Origin: Octopus vulgaris
Taxonomy: Eukaryota
NCBI GenBank assembly: GCA_951406725.2
Contig: OX597822.1
Span: 25,482,001 to 25,546,000 of the forward strand
Length of the DNA: 64,000 nt
Direction of reading: 5' to 3'
The position numbers were made by a program, and so were the translations under genes. A model generated the notes under the pieces. The model saw only the letters and a program-made list of their open reading frames with translations, did not search any database and was not told where the DNA came from. This document shows, one piece after another, positions 28,974-40,969 of the stretch. The first letter of the stretch is position 1, and every line of letters starts with the position of its first letter.

Positions 28974-29766
28974 AAGCATGCAAATTGACATTCGTGGTTA
29001 CATGTATAAAAAAACACGTAGACACACAAACTCACATTAGTTGTTTCCTTCAAATCCGATCAGTTGTCTGAAAGACGTGACCGTTTCGTGTATTGCAGGC
29101 TACTCCCCTCTTCTGCTGTCAATTAGCGATTGAAAGGCCAGGCCCATAGGAACTGGAAGACGTCTACCTGAGGCTTGAGAGGAGAGCACGTGAGCAAATC
29201 GTGTTGCATTACTGTCTTCACCAGATCACCTGCCAATTCGTAGCGTGAACTTTTCAACAGATATTTTCTGAGCGGGAAAAACGTGAGCTAACAGGCTGCG
29301 TATGTCTGAAGAGGACCTTATTTTGCTAGGTTAAATAAAAAGGAACGACAGAAAGAAAAGTAGAGAGAGAGAGTGACGAAGGTCGAGGATGCGGAAGAGA
29401 AAGAAATGCACATATGCAGAATGTGAGTGAGACAGAGGAAATGTGAGTGAGAAATTGAGGAAAGAAGAGAGCTGCTAAAGGAACTTGTGAAGAAAAAAAT
29501 AGAAGGATGGAGATATATAAAGGCAGAATAAAAAGAAGTTGGGGAATAAGGAGCAACAGAGAAAAGTACCAGGGTAAAAAAATTGAAGAAATCTGAACAA
29601 TACGAAGTCACAGATAAGTTCGTATTTTGGGGAAATAAAAAAAAAAACTGATTATAGAGACAAATAAAACAACACTAAAAGAAGGCTGGTGTGTGACTCC
29701 ATATGAGGTAAATATAAATATAAAGCGTCATACATGTAAAACGAAAAATAATAGAAAAAACCGGCT

Positions 29767-29836
<70 letters not shown>

Positions 29837-30871
29837 GGGGAACTGAAAGGTTCTTAGCTTTAAGGGTATCGTAAAAAGCCTGATTGGAGACCTAATCTTC
29901 CGAGTTCTTTTATAGGGCTTAGGAAAACTGGAGGACTGCTGCAATAAGTGCGGGAATCTGAGAGGGGAATATGTTGACTAAGCTAAGCTCATAATTAACT
30001 GATCCTCCTGTATTTTCTTTTACCCAAAGCCAGGAAATTTTCGGCACCCTCTCGTATACACACACGCACACACAGACAATACACATTATATGTTTGCATG
30101 TATGTATGTTTGTGTGTGTGTACATACATTATTTTAAAGATAACAACAGCAATTACAACAATGGCAAAATACTCTGAGATATAGAGATCTTTTTCTCTAA
30201 ATAGATTACCAGTAGGCAACACCATCTAAGTCCTCTTAAACAGCCACTCAGTAGAATAGCATTGCGCTAACAGTAGCTTGTCAGGGGAAATTAGAAACTT
30301 TACAAGACGAGTCGAGATGTTTGAATACGAAGAGAAGACAGAGACGGATAAAACGAGAGAACTGGAGACGGCGACAGAGAAAACCTAATAGACATAACGA
30401 AAGAGAAAAAGAGGAAGGAAGAAAAAGGAGGGGAAAGAAGAAAAAAAAACAACAACAAACATAATACAGATATTTGAAAAGAAACGGCGCGAATGGTGTT
30501 TAAATTGTTTAGATTGACTCAATTAAATTGGTTCCGCTGTCTCAGTGTTCATTTATCTCTCAATTGTAAAGCGACGTTTTACAAGGAGCAGGTAATTATA
30601 TGCTGGACCGGTATTAAGACTAAACGGACGTTACGTTTCGTAACAAAAGACCAGTATCGGCCAACAATTGGTTCGACATTATCCGAGAGATGCTAGCATT
30701 GTGTGAGGTTCCTACACAAATGTACATACTTCCCAATGTACACTTTAATCAGATGTTGAAACGCGAAAAGTGAGTTCCAGCTATTATGTTATTATAGAAT
30801 TGGACAGACAACCAGAAATAAAATGCCAACAATTCCGAAATGCAAATATGGTAAAAATGAGAAAAACGAAT

Positions 30872-30919
<48 letters not shown>

Positions 30920-31116
30920 CATATATACACACACACACATATATATATATATGTATATATATATATATGTATGTATGAATGAATGTATGAATATATGTGT
31001 ATATATTATATGTATATATATATGTATATATATATATATACATATGTATATATATGCGTGTATATGTATATAGACATATGTATGTACGTACGTATGAATG
31101 TATGTATGAATGTATG

Positions 31117-31158
<42 letters not shown>

Positions 31159-31290
31159 GATAGAAAAAGAGAGGTATACATGATAAATCTAGTCATAAGC
31201 ATATAAAAATCTAATCGAAGTGACGACAGGCCAGTATAAATATTGTTCATTGCTTTGCTCGCATTCGCATGTTGTTGTTATTGTTGTTGG

Positions 31291-31321
<31 letters not shown>

Positions 31322-32839
31322 GTTGGTTTATGCCATGTTGTTCTTGTTATTGTTTCGGCTGGTTTTGTTGAAGGTGTTGGAGATTTTCTAATATATTAGT
31401 GGGGTGGTGGTGTCATTGTTTATGTTGTTGTGGGGAGTGATGATGGAAGCAGCGGTGATGAAAGTGCTATTGGTAGTGTGGTGGTGGTGGTGGCGGTGAT
31501 GGTGATGGTGGTGGACGATACTGAGATGGCAGAAAACGTTGAAATAAAAGCAAGAACTACAAAAGTGAATAATATACAAGTTCTCATTTTACGCAAGCAA
31601 CACCGGCACAAACACCACCACCACCACCACCATCACCAGCACCACCACAACACTCTTCTGCCGCTACCACCACCACCACCAACAACAACAACACCACTAC
31701 CACAACCACAATCACCGTCACCACCATCACTATATCCACCACCACCACCACTACCACCAGCACCACACCACCGTCACCAGCACCACTACAACCACCACCA
31801 CCACCACCACAACAACAACCACTATCAATAAAAGCAGCGACGAGGATAAGGAAGACAACGAACACGACAACAGCGATAATGATGACCAACCACCAACTAC
31901 CCAACCATCCAACCATCCAACCAAACAACCAGCCAACCAACCAACCAGCCAGCCAACCGAATATACAACTAGCCAGCCAGCCAATCAGCCAACCATCCAC
32001 TCAATCAGTCCTGCAATTATAGAAACTTTGGAGACGAGTAAACAGAACGCAGTGGATAAAGATAATTAATGATTCTCAAGCAAAGATTAACGGATATCAC
32101 CAACGCTTCTTCAATCACCCTACCCTCTTCTCTTTCGCCATCATCCTCTCAATCTTGAGCAATACTATAATTTCGTGAATATGAGGGGGAAAAGACGAAA
32201 AAGAAGAAAGGGAAATAAGAAAGAAAAGCACGACAGGGAGCGATAATGAAAGTGAAAGTAGAAAAAACAACAAGAACAACAACAATAATGACAAGAATAA
32301 CAAAGATAACAATAAAATATTAGATGACATTACTGTTAGAAGACTTCGTGTTTCTTGAGTTCTGCAATGTATGTATGTATGTATGTATGCATGCATGTAT
32401 GTATGTATGTATGTATGTCAGTATGTATATATGTATGTATGTATGTATGGATGGATGGATGGATGGATGGATGGATGGATGGATGTATTTATGTGTGTAT
32501 GTATGTATGAATGTATGTATGTAGAATGTATATATGTGGGGCTGTATATTTATAGATGTACGTATGCAAGATGTATGTATAGGATGCTGCAATAGATGTA
32601 TAAAAGATGTCTTGTTCTGTGAGATGATGCTTCTGTGTGTCTGTTGTATAAAAGCTTTGATATTTAATCAATGTCCATGTTTAATCTAAGTCCTTATGCC
32701 TTATGTAAACTGCGTCATCGAATATATTAAAATGCCAATATCAATTATTACAATATACACACACACCCACACATACACACATATATCTATACATAAATAA
32801 TCGTATAGATATTTACACACACATAGATGTAATATATAT

Positions 32840-33213
32840 ACTCTTTTACTCGTTTCTGTCATTTGACTGTGGCCATGGTGGAGCACCGCCTGTAGTCGAG
32901 CGACGACCCCAGAACTTTGTAAGCCCAGTACTTATTCTATCAGTCTCTTTTGCCGAACCGTTAAGTTACGGGGACGTAAACACACCAGCATCGGTTGTCA
33001 AGCGATGCTGGGGGGACAAACACACAGATATATATACATATACATATATACGATGGGCTTCTTTCAGTGTCCGTCTACCAAATCTACTCACAAGGCTTTG
33101 GTCGCCCTGAGGCTATAGTAGAAGACACTTGCCCAAGATGCCACGCAGTGGGACTGAACCCGGAACCATGTGGTTCGTAAGCAAGCTACTTAGCACACAA
33201 CCACTCCTGCGCC

Positions 33214-33215
<2 letters not shown>
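32840..33215 (-). mobile_element. tRNA-derived SINE family B
   Basis: Reverse-complement match to 19085-19555. Confidence 0.8.
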
Positions 33216-33268
<53 letters not shown>

Positions 33269-33479
33269 CATCTGTGTAAGTGTGTAAGATAGATCACTAG
33301 CCACTACACATTCTTTATTTTCTCTCCTTGTTTCTATCCGTGGTCATTTCTGTGGAAGGGCGTAGGTTCGAAACGCTAAAGACTTTTTCACTTTTCGAGC
33401 GTTATACTAATACCTCTGTTTATCGTCTACACCACCTCACTTCGTCCTTTGTTTTGTTTTTGTGACTTCTCCCTATATA

Positions 33480-33997
33480 TCTTTATATATATAAACCTGA
33501 GAATGTGTGTCTGTTTGTCTGTGTGTTTCCCTAAAACTTGAGAACTACACAACCAATTTCATTCAAATTTTTACACATGTCTTACTTAGGGTCCATGAAA
33601 TTTCATGGGCAAAAAAAAATGTTCAACTTCTTGCCTAGGGCGAGCCCATAGCAATATCATATCTTCTCCACTATTTCAGTATTACGTGTTAAAAGTGAAA
33701 CAAAAACGTTTCTCTATTTTATGTCAGATACTTTCACTTTAACAATAAAAATAATAATAACAATTGAATTATATGTAGTAAGTAATAATTAAAATCAAAC
33801 TAAAGTAACATGGCAAAAGTAAAAATAGAAATTGGTATAAAATTGCATCAATGATTTGAACTTGAATAAGTGGTTTCACATGAACGGGAATAAATTAAAA
33901 ATAAAATTAGCGTGTAGAAATGGAATAGTCCAGATGGATAATAAAAAATTAAATTAAAGAAAAGACTATTGTCTATAAAGTATACAATGTAGAGAAA
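33480..33997 (+). mobile_element. Helitron-like non-autonomous element, 5' portion; the retroelement array follows directly
   Basis: A|TCTTTATATATATAAA start; similar to 9200-9360 and to the start of 58071. Confidence 0.5.
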
Positions 33998-35847
33998 GGT
34001 CGCGTTTTTTTCGGCTCCCGTGTTTTTTTGAGTTAGTTAGTTGGAGTTATTCTGGTGTGTTTATTTCGAGTAAAGAGGTTGTGAGTTCGAGTTCGTTGGA
34101 GGACGTGGAATAATTTTTTCTTGAAAATGCAAGAGCAGACTTACGCGCGAGCGGCAGGCAGAGGCCTGGTTGCCGGTGAACTGGAAATGGAGGAGGTGAT
34201 GGTCGAACAGAAGACTTTACAGAAGTATTTCGACAGTTTAAAGAGGGAGGGTGACTGCGTAAGAGTCACACCGTCCGAGGAGGAGGAAAGCAGTGCAGAG
34301 AAGCGTACTATAACGTACAGGACGTGGTGCGTGGAGTCGAAGAAAATTGAAGTAGCGGAAATAGAAGAAGTAGAAAAGTGTCTGAAGGAAATTGAGGGTG
34401 AACCCACATTTTTCAAAGAGGAAAGAAATATGCCACGGTTGTGGTATATTTTGAAACAGAAGATGAGGCAAAAAAGAATGCAACAAGAATTTTGAAGTCG
34501 GATAAGTGGACTTTGTTACCAAGTTACTGTGGAAGGAGAGCAGTGAGGATGAGAATCAATAGAATCTCACCCGAATTTAATATGGAAAGGTTGCTGGCAG
34601 CAGTGCTGTTTAACTGCAAGGATGATGTGGAAGTACTGAAGGTGGAGAAGTCAGCAGAGGTGAAGTGGTGGGGATATACGGTGCAGGTTCTGGCACACAT
34701 AACCGTGAGGGACCTGTACAACATCCCGGAGGAGTTGGTCTACCCTGACGAGACTCGGCTCCGAGTTGTGGTAGAGGGAAGACCCCCAATTTGCTATAAT
34801 TGTAAATCGAGGGGCCACATGAAGGATGTGTGCCCTCGGGAAAAAACAAAAGCACCAGAGGTTGTGATAGAGGAGTGTAAAGATGCGTGTGTGGAGGAAG
34901 CGAAAGCGGAGGAAACACGAATGGAGGAGCAGTTAAATGAGGAAGAACGAGCAAGTGTAGAAGAGGAAAAAACAGAAGAGGAAAAAACAGAAGATAGAAA
35001 GAGATCAAGGGTGGAATCACCACTGAAAGATCTAAAAAAGAAAAAAATCAAAAGTAAGATAGCAGAAGAGAAAACATACAAAGGACAGGAAGTAAAAGAG
35101 AAGGAGAGAGAGTGGCCAAGGACAGAGTTTGAACAAAAATGGGAGAAAAGAGTGAACGAACAATTGGAATCGTGTAAATATGGAAGAAGACCTACAGGAA
35201 AAAACTTGAAGGCAGTTGTGATGTATATCAAGAATACAGAAGTGGAAAAGAGACTGGTAGGTAAGAAAGGGTTGGTCAGGGTGAAGGTGAACCCAAAACT
35301 GTATGGTGAAGATGTAAAAGGCGTCATTATAGACAAAGAGACATACATAAAATTAAAAAAGATATATAATGCTATGCACATAGTGCATTATGTACGGTAT
35401 GATAAATTACCAGATGTAATAGATCAAATGGATCTATTGGATTATATGACGGACGAGCGTCTAACGTAAAAGAAAAAGAATTAGAATTGTTAATTGTAAA
35501 TTGTATGATGTAAAGTTGTATTTTGAACAAGAATATATGTAATGTTAACATGTAAATTGTAAAATTATTGTACTTTGAACTGAATATATGTAACTGGAAA
35601 AACTGTATTTTGAACTAGAATATATGAAATGTAAAATTGTAAAATTATTGTAACTGTAAAATTGTATTGGAATATATGAAATGTATAATTGTATTTTAAA
35701 CGGAACTGCGAGTTGGGGGTTCGTAAGCCGTTCCATCTCATTACATAAAATTCATTTTTACTTCATATTTTATTTTATTTTATGTACCCCATGTCCTGCC
35801 TTGTAATGTCCCCCTCTTCGTCGCCCCTTGTGGGTAATAAAAAAACA
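33998..35847 (+). mobile_element. ORF1-only non-autonomous retroelement, unit U1
   Basis: 27-bp TSD GTCTATAAAGTATACAATGTAGAGAAA (33971-33997 / 35848-35874); 5' GGTCGCGTTTTTTTCGGCTC; 3' GCCCCTTGTGGGTAATAAA; no RT sequence. Confidence 0.85.
34121..35469 (+). CDS. Tx1/L1-type ORF1 protein (RRM-like + CCHC knuckle), one frameshift near 34415
   Basis: ORFs 34121-34495 and 34441-35469 join into ...KRGKKYATVVVYFETE...VEGRPPICYNCKSRGHMKDVC. Confidence 0.8.
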
Positions 35848-35877
35848 GTCTATAAAGTATACAATGTAGAGAAAAAA

Positions 35878-37529
35878 GGTCGTGGTTTTTTCGGCTCCTG
35901 AAATTCGGTAAAAAAGAACAAAAAGCGTTGTTGTTGTTGTGGAAATTCTGAACGGCGTTGACGCGGTTTCGCGTTTCGCTCGTTCAGCGCGTTACACTTT
36001 TTCTGTTTTGGCGGCCGTTTTTCGGTCGGAGGCGACTATGAGCCGCCTCCATCAAGCGGAGGAGATGGAAGGGAGAATTTACTCTGAAATTTCGACGGAA
36101 GTATCGACATCTGAGGAGGAGTTGGCGGTGAAAAAGATGGAAGGCACCTACGCAGGTGTAACGAAGAAGTCAACGGAAAGAGAGATAGACCTGGCTAAGT
36201 TGGCGGGCCTCCAGGAGTTTGTGAAGGAGGACGAGAACGGTGAAGTCGAGCTGCTGCATCCAGTAGGGCGCGGAGACTGGTTCCATCGTAGAACCATTAA
36301 ATATAAAGTATTTATGAATGGAGGTAGAAAGATGGAAGTAATCAACATGGAAGCAATTGAAGAGGCTCTCAAGCAGACAGGAGAGGAAATTGTGTACATG
36401 ACAAAAGGATTACAATACGGAACGATAACGGTGCAATTTAAAAGCGAAAAAGCAGCCAGGAATGTAGCAGCCAAGGTGGTGAGTACAGAAAAGATTTACT
36501 TGTTACCCTCGTATCTGAATAGGCGGACAACCAGAATTAGGGTGGAGGGAATACCTCCACACCTAGAGGGCGAATTAATAACGGCTGCGGTTATAAAAGG
36601 AAATGAAGATAAAGTGGACATCCTCCACGCCATTATGAAGTATGAAGGCGTGAGAGGTGCCACACTAGTTATGAACATTCAAGCGGAGGCGGATGTTATA
36701 GAGAGGATTACGGACAGCATAAAAACTGGAAATATTATTATGAGAGTGTGGGTGGAGGGTAGGGCGCCCAGGTGCTACAAGTGTGGCCAAAGGGGTCACA
36801 TAAGAGCCTACTGCCCTCCCCCACCAAAGGAAAAAGAAAAGGAAAGCGTTGAGGAAGCCTCAGGAGAGGAAGAAAATAAACAGAAACAAACAGAGAAGGA
36901 AACGACAGAAGAAGAGGAGATGCAACAAGAGTGGAAAGAAGGGGGAACAAAGAGAAAAAGAAGGAAAAAGAAAAACTGTGCGAAGCCCCAACCCACCCCG
37001 ACACCACCCATACCCTTGGAGTCCCATCCTTCCCCTGCAAACAGTGATTCCACCCACTCCCCGCCTACAAGAAAAACAAAAACAGACACACAGAGCAAAG
37101 AAAGTCCCAAGACCCATTTTTTATGTGTTATACAAGGGAAAGACATACAAAACGTTAAAAAACTGGTGTTAACCAAGTGGTACGAACACGAAGATTGGAG
37201 CTACACGGCTGTGGATAGTGAGGATACGGGTATATTGGCGACAAGGTTTGAGGAAGAGGGTGTGTGTTGGAAGTCAGTGGAAATGAAAGATGAATGGATA
37301 GAGAGGGCTAAAAGAAAAACGAATGTTGTGATAGGTGAAACAGGAATACTAATTGAAAATGGGTGAAGAAGGACAGATAAGTGATGCTGGCGGATGGGGC
37401 CGTCGGTATCGCTCTCATATATCATTTTCATATTCCATTTGCTCATATATATGTAATTGTGATGTTCCATGTCCCCATGTCTTGTAATGTCCCCCTCTTC
37501 GTTGGCCCCTTGTGGGTAATAAAAAATCA
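35878..37529 (+). mobile_element. ORF1-only retroelement, unit U2
   Basis: 5' GGTCGTGGTTTTTTCGGCTC; 3' GCCCCTTGTGGGTAATAAA. Confidence 0.85.
35939..37366 (+). CDS. ORF1 (gag-like) protein with CCHC knuckle, intact; true start probably an ATG at 36038 or 36065
   Basis: CYKCGQRGHIRAYC knuckle; YGTITVQF RRM-like strand; homologous to LINE ORF1 43019-43885. Confidence 0.85.
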   Translation: MEILNGVDAVSRFARSARYTFSVLAAVFRSEATMSRLHQAEEMEGRIYSEISTEVSTSEEELAVKKMEGTYAGVTKKSTEREIDLAKLAGLQEFVKEDENGEVELLHPVGRGDWFHRRTIKYKVFMNGGRKMEVINMEAIEEALKQTGEEIVYMTKGLQYGTITVQFKSEKAARNVAAKVVSTEKIYLLPSYLNRRTTRIRVEGIPPHLEGELITAAVIKGNEDKVDILHAIMKYEGVRGATLVMNIQAEADVIERITDSIKTGNIIMRVWVEGRAPRCYKCGQRGHIRAYCPPPPKEKEKESVEEASGEEENKQKQTEKETTEEEEMQQEWKEGGTKRKRRKKKNCAKPQPTPTPPIPLESHPSPANSDSTHSPPTRKTKTDTQSKESPKTHFLCVIQGKDIQNVKKLVLTKWYEHEDWSYTAVDSEDTGILATRFEEEGVCWKSVEMKDEWIERAKRKTNVVIGETGILIENG

Positions 37530-39211
37530 CGTGGTTTTTTCGGCTCCTGAAAATTCGGTAAAAAAGAACAAAAAGCGTTGTTGTTGTTGTGGAAATTCTG
37601 AACGGCGTTGACGCGGTTTCGCGTTTCGCTCGTTCAGCGCGTTACACTTTTTCTGTTTTGGCGGCCGTTTTCGGTCTGTCAGACAGAAGGAAATGGACAA
37701 CCCCTACCTGATGGGAGATACGGCTGCAGTTTTTGAGTCTTTAACAGACTTGTCTACGTCTGAGGAGGAGCTAGAAATAGCAGTGAGGAAAATGGATCAG
37801 AAGCTGAGTTATACCTATGCCGGTGTAACCAAGAAGGCGGAAGAGAAAGGGGTCGACATGGCCAAGTTGCCAAGTTACCAGAAATACATGAAAAAGGAAA
37901 GCGGTGAGGTGGAACTATCACCGACACCCAGGAGAAAAGAATGGTATGATAAGAGGACCATTGTTTACAGGGTGTGCGCAAACGAAAGGAAGAGGGTAGA
38001 AGTTGTATCCATGGAATGGATAGAGGAAGCCCTGCGAAGAACTGAGGAGGAAATAAATTTTCTGACTCGAGGATCCAAGTACGGGACCGTAGTTGTGCAC
38101 TTTAAAAGTGAATCTGCAGCGAGGAAGATGGCAGCGAAGGCGGTGAAGTCGGAAAAGGTAACACTGTTACCTACGTATTTAAACAGGAGGATTACACGAA
38201 TAAGGGTGGAGGGAGTGCCACCAAACGTGGAGGCAGAATGGATTGTGGCAGCTGTGATCAGCGGCCACGAGGACGAAGTGGATATTCTCCATGCCTCGGT
38301 TAAGTCCGAAGGCTGGAGAGGCGTAACAGTGGAGCTGAACGTACAGGCAGAGACCGAGGTACTGGTGGACCTGACGGAAAGCATCAGACTGGGAGAAGTG
38401 ATCATGAGAGTGTGGGTGGAGGGCAGGGCTCCACGTTGTTACAAGTGTGGCCTGAGGGGTCACATAAGAGCCTTCTGCCCTCCCCCAGGGAAAGAAATGG
38501 ATTCCGAACCAGAGAGAGAGAAGCAGAAACCAGAGGAGAAGGAAACAGAGGAAGAGAATACACAGAAATGGAAGGAAGCTGGAAGTAAGAGGAAGAGAAG
38601 AATATGTGGAAAAAAAGAAAATAATATGGAACTCCAATCTACCCCAAAACCTCCCACACCCTCTGAGTCCCACCCTATCCATGCAGACATTGAACCCACC
38701 CGCTCCCCCCCAACAAGAAAACAAAAGAAAAAAAAGAATACACACACACAAGAGATTGAAATCGAACCCAGGCCGTACATTTGTACTATGACTGAACAGA
38801 AAGAAGTTAAAAGTCTAATGGAAGAGTATAAATGGTATGATGTTGGAGAGACTAGGTATGCTGTGATTGAAAAGAAGAACATAGGTGAGTTTATGGGGAG
38901 GTGTGAAAGGGAGAATTGGGAGGTGAAAGATATAAGAATGAGCGATGAATTCGTGGAAAATATGGATGAGTATTTCGGAGTAAGAATGGATATGGAATTT
39001 ATTCGTATTGACAAAGAACATTCAAGTGACTATGAAAAACAAAGGACAGGTAAGTGATGCTGACGGACGGGGCCGTTGGTATCGCTTTCATTTTATCATT
39101 TTTTTACGTTTAACAATTCATGTTCATAAAGTTTAATTATAATGTTCTGTGTCCCCATGTTTTGTGATGTCCGCCATTCTTCGTAGCCCCTTAGTGGGTA
39201 ATAAAGAAATA
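37530..39211 (+). mobile_element. ORF1-only retroelement, unit U3
   Basis: Bounded by CGTGGTTTTTTCGGCTC at 37530 and 39212; 3' GCCCCTTAGTGGGTAATAAAGAAATA. Confidence 0.85.
37693..39057 (+). CDS. ORF1 (gag-like) protein, 454 aa, intact
   Basis: CYKCGLRGHIRAFC knuckle; alignable with U2 but clearly diverged. Confidence 0.88.
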   Translation: MDNPYLMGDTAAVFESLTDLSTSEEELEIAVRKMDQKLSYTYAGVTKKAEEKGVDMAKLPSYQKYMKKESGEVELSPTPRRKEWYDKRTIVYRVCANERKRVEVVSMEWIEEALRRTEEEINFLTRGSKYGTVVVHFKSESAARKMAAKAVKSEKVTLLPTYLNRRITRIRVEGVPPNVEAEWIVAAVISGHEDEVDILHASVKSEGWRGVTVELNVQAETEVLVDLTESIRLGEVIMRVWVEGRAPRCYKCGLRGHIRAFCPPPGKEMDSEPEREKQKPEEKETEEENTQKWKEAGSKRKRRICGKKENNMELQSTPKPPTPSESHPIHADIEPTRSPPTRKQKKKKNTHTQEIEIEPRPYICTMTEQKEVKSLMEEYKWYDVGETRYAVIEKKNIGEFMGRCERENWEVKDIRMSDEFVENMDEYFGVRMDMEFIRIDKEHSSDYEKQRTGK

Positions 39212-40904
39212 CGTGGTTTTTTCGGCTCTGTGTTTTTTGCTCTCTGTGGAATTCGGTAAAAAGAAAAAAGAACAAAAAGTGAATGGTTGTTGTTGTAAAA
39301 TTTTGAACGTAGTTGATGCGGTTTCGCGTCTCACTGGTTCTGCGCGTTACACTTTTTCGGTTCGGGAGGCCGTTTTTCGGCCGGAGGCGACTATGAGCCG
39401 CCTCCATCAAGCGGAGGAGATGGAAGGGAGAATTTACTCTGAAATTTCGACGGAAGTATCGACATCTGAGGAGGAGTTGGCGGTGAAAGGGATGGAAGGC
39501 ACCTACGCAGGTGTAACGAAGAAGTCAACGGAAAGAGAGATAGACCTGGCTAAGTTGGCGGGCCTCCAGGAGTTTGTGAAGGAGGACGAGAACGGTGAAG
39601 TCGAGCTGCTGCATCCAGTAGGGCGCGGAGACTGGTTCCATCGTAGAACCATTAAATATAAAGTATTTATGAATGGAGGTAGAAAGATGGAAGTAATCAA
39701 CATGGAAGCAATTGAAGAGGCTCTCAAGCAGACAGGAGAGGAAATTGTGTACATGACAAAAGGATTACAATACGGAACGATAACGGTGCAATTTAAAAGC
39801 GAAAAAGCAGCCAGGAATGTAGCAGCCAAGGTGGTGAGTACAGAAAAGATTTACTTGTTACCCTCGTATCTGAATAGGCGGACAACTAGAATTAGGGTGG
39901 AGGGAATACCTCCACACCTAGAGGGCGAATTAATAACGGCTGCGGTTATAAAAGGAAATGAAGATAAAGTGGACATCCTCCACGCCATTATGAAGTATGA
40001 AGGCGTGAGAGGTGCCACACTAGTTATGAACGTTCAAGCGGAGGCGGATGTTATAGAGAGGATTACGGACAGCATAAAAACTGGAAATATTATTATGAGA
40101 GTGTGGGTGGAGGGTAGGGCGCCCAGGTGCTACAAGTGTGGCCAAAGGGGTCACATAAGAGCCTACTGCCCTCCCCCACCAAAGGAAAAAGAAAAGGAAA
40201 GCGTTGAGGAAGCCTCAGGAGAGGAAGAAAATAAACAGAAACAAACAGAGAAGGAAACGACAGAAGAAGAGGAGATGCAACAAGAGTGGAAAGAAGGGGG
40301 AACAAAGAGAAAAAGAAAGAAAAAGAAAAACTGTGCGAAACCCCAACCCACCCCAACACCACCCGCACCCTCTGAATCCCACCCTTCCCCTACAGACAGT
40401 GAACCCACCCACTCCCCTCCAACAAGAAAACAAAAGAAAAATACAGACAGACAAGAGTTTGAAAACGAACCCAGGCCGAACATTTATATTGTGACTGAAC
40501 AGAAAGAGGTTGAAAGGGTAATGGAGGAGTATGAATAGTATGAAATGGATGGGACCAGATATGCAGTGCTGGAAAAGAAGAATATAGATGAGTTTATGTT
40601 GAGGTGTGAAAGGGAGAATTGGGAGGTGAAAGATATAAGAATGAGCGATGAATTCGTGGAATATATGGAGGACAGTTTCGGAGTAAGAATGGATATGGAT
40701 GGTCTTCGTATTGGGAATGAACATTCAGGTGACAGTGAAAACAAAAGGTCAGGTAAGTGGTGCTAGCGGATGGGGCCGTTGGCACCGCTTTCATATATCA
40801 TTTTCAAAATTCATTTTACTCATATCTATGTAATTGTGATGTTCTATGTCCCCAATGTTTGTAACGTCCCCTCTATGTAGCCCCTAGTGGGTAATAAAGA
40901 ATCA
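39212..40904 (+). mobile_element. ORF1-only retroelement, unit U4
   Basis: Same 5' motif; 3' GCCCCTAGTGGGTAATAAAGAATCA. Confidence 0.85.
39213..40766 (+). pseudogene. ORF1 protein with one premature stop (TAG 40536-40538; TGG in U5)
   Basis: ORFs 39213-40538 and 40545-40766 are in frame and nearly identical to U5. Confidence 0.8.
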
Positions 40905-40969
40905 GGATAATAAAAAATTAAATTAAAGAAAAGACTATTGTCTATAAAGTATACAATGTAGAGAAAAAA

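Noticed and set aside
31430-31831. His/Pro-rich ORF (similar case at 17453-17719)
   Set aside because: Degenerate (CAC/CAT/CAA)n trinucleotide tracts, with no domain or splice evidence.
35881-35897. Unit 5' motif as a U6/U2 snRNA fragment
   Set aside because: Similarity is limited to a few bases (GTG...TTCGGC) and does not extend.
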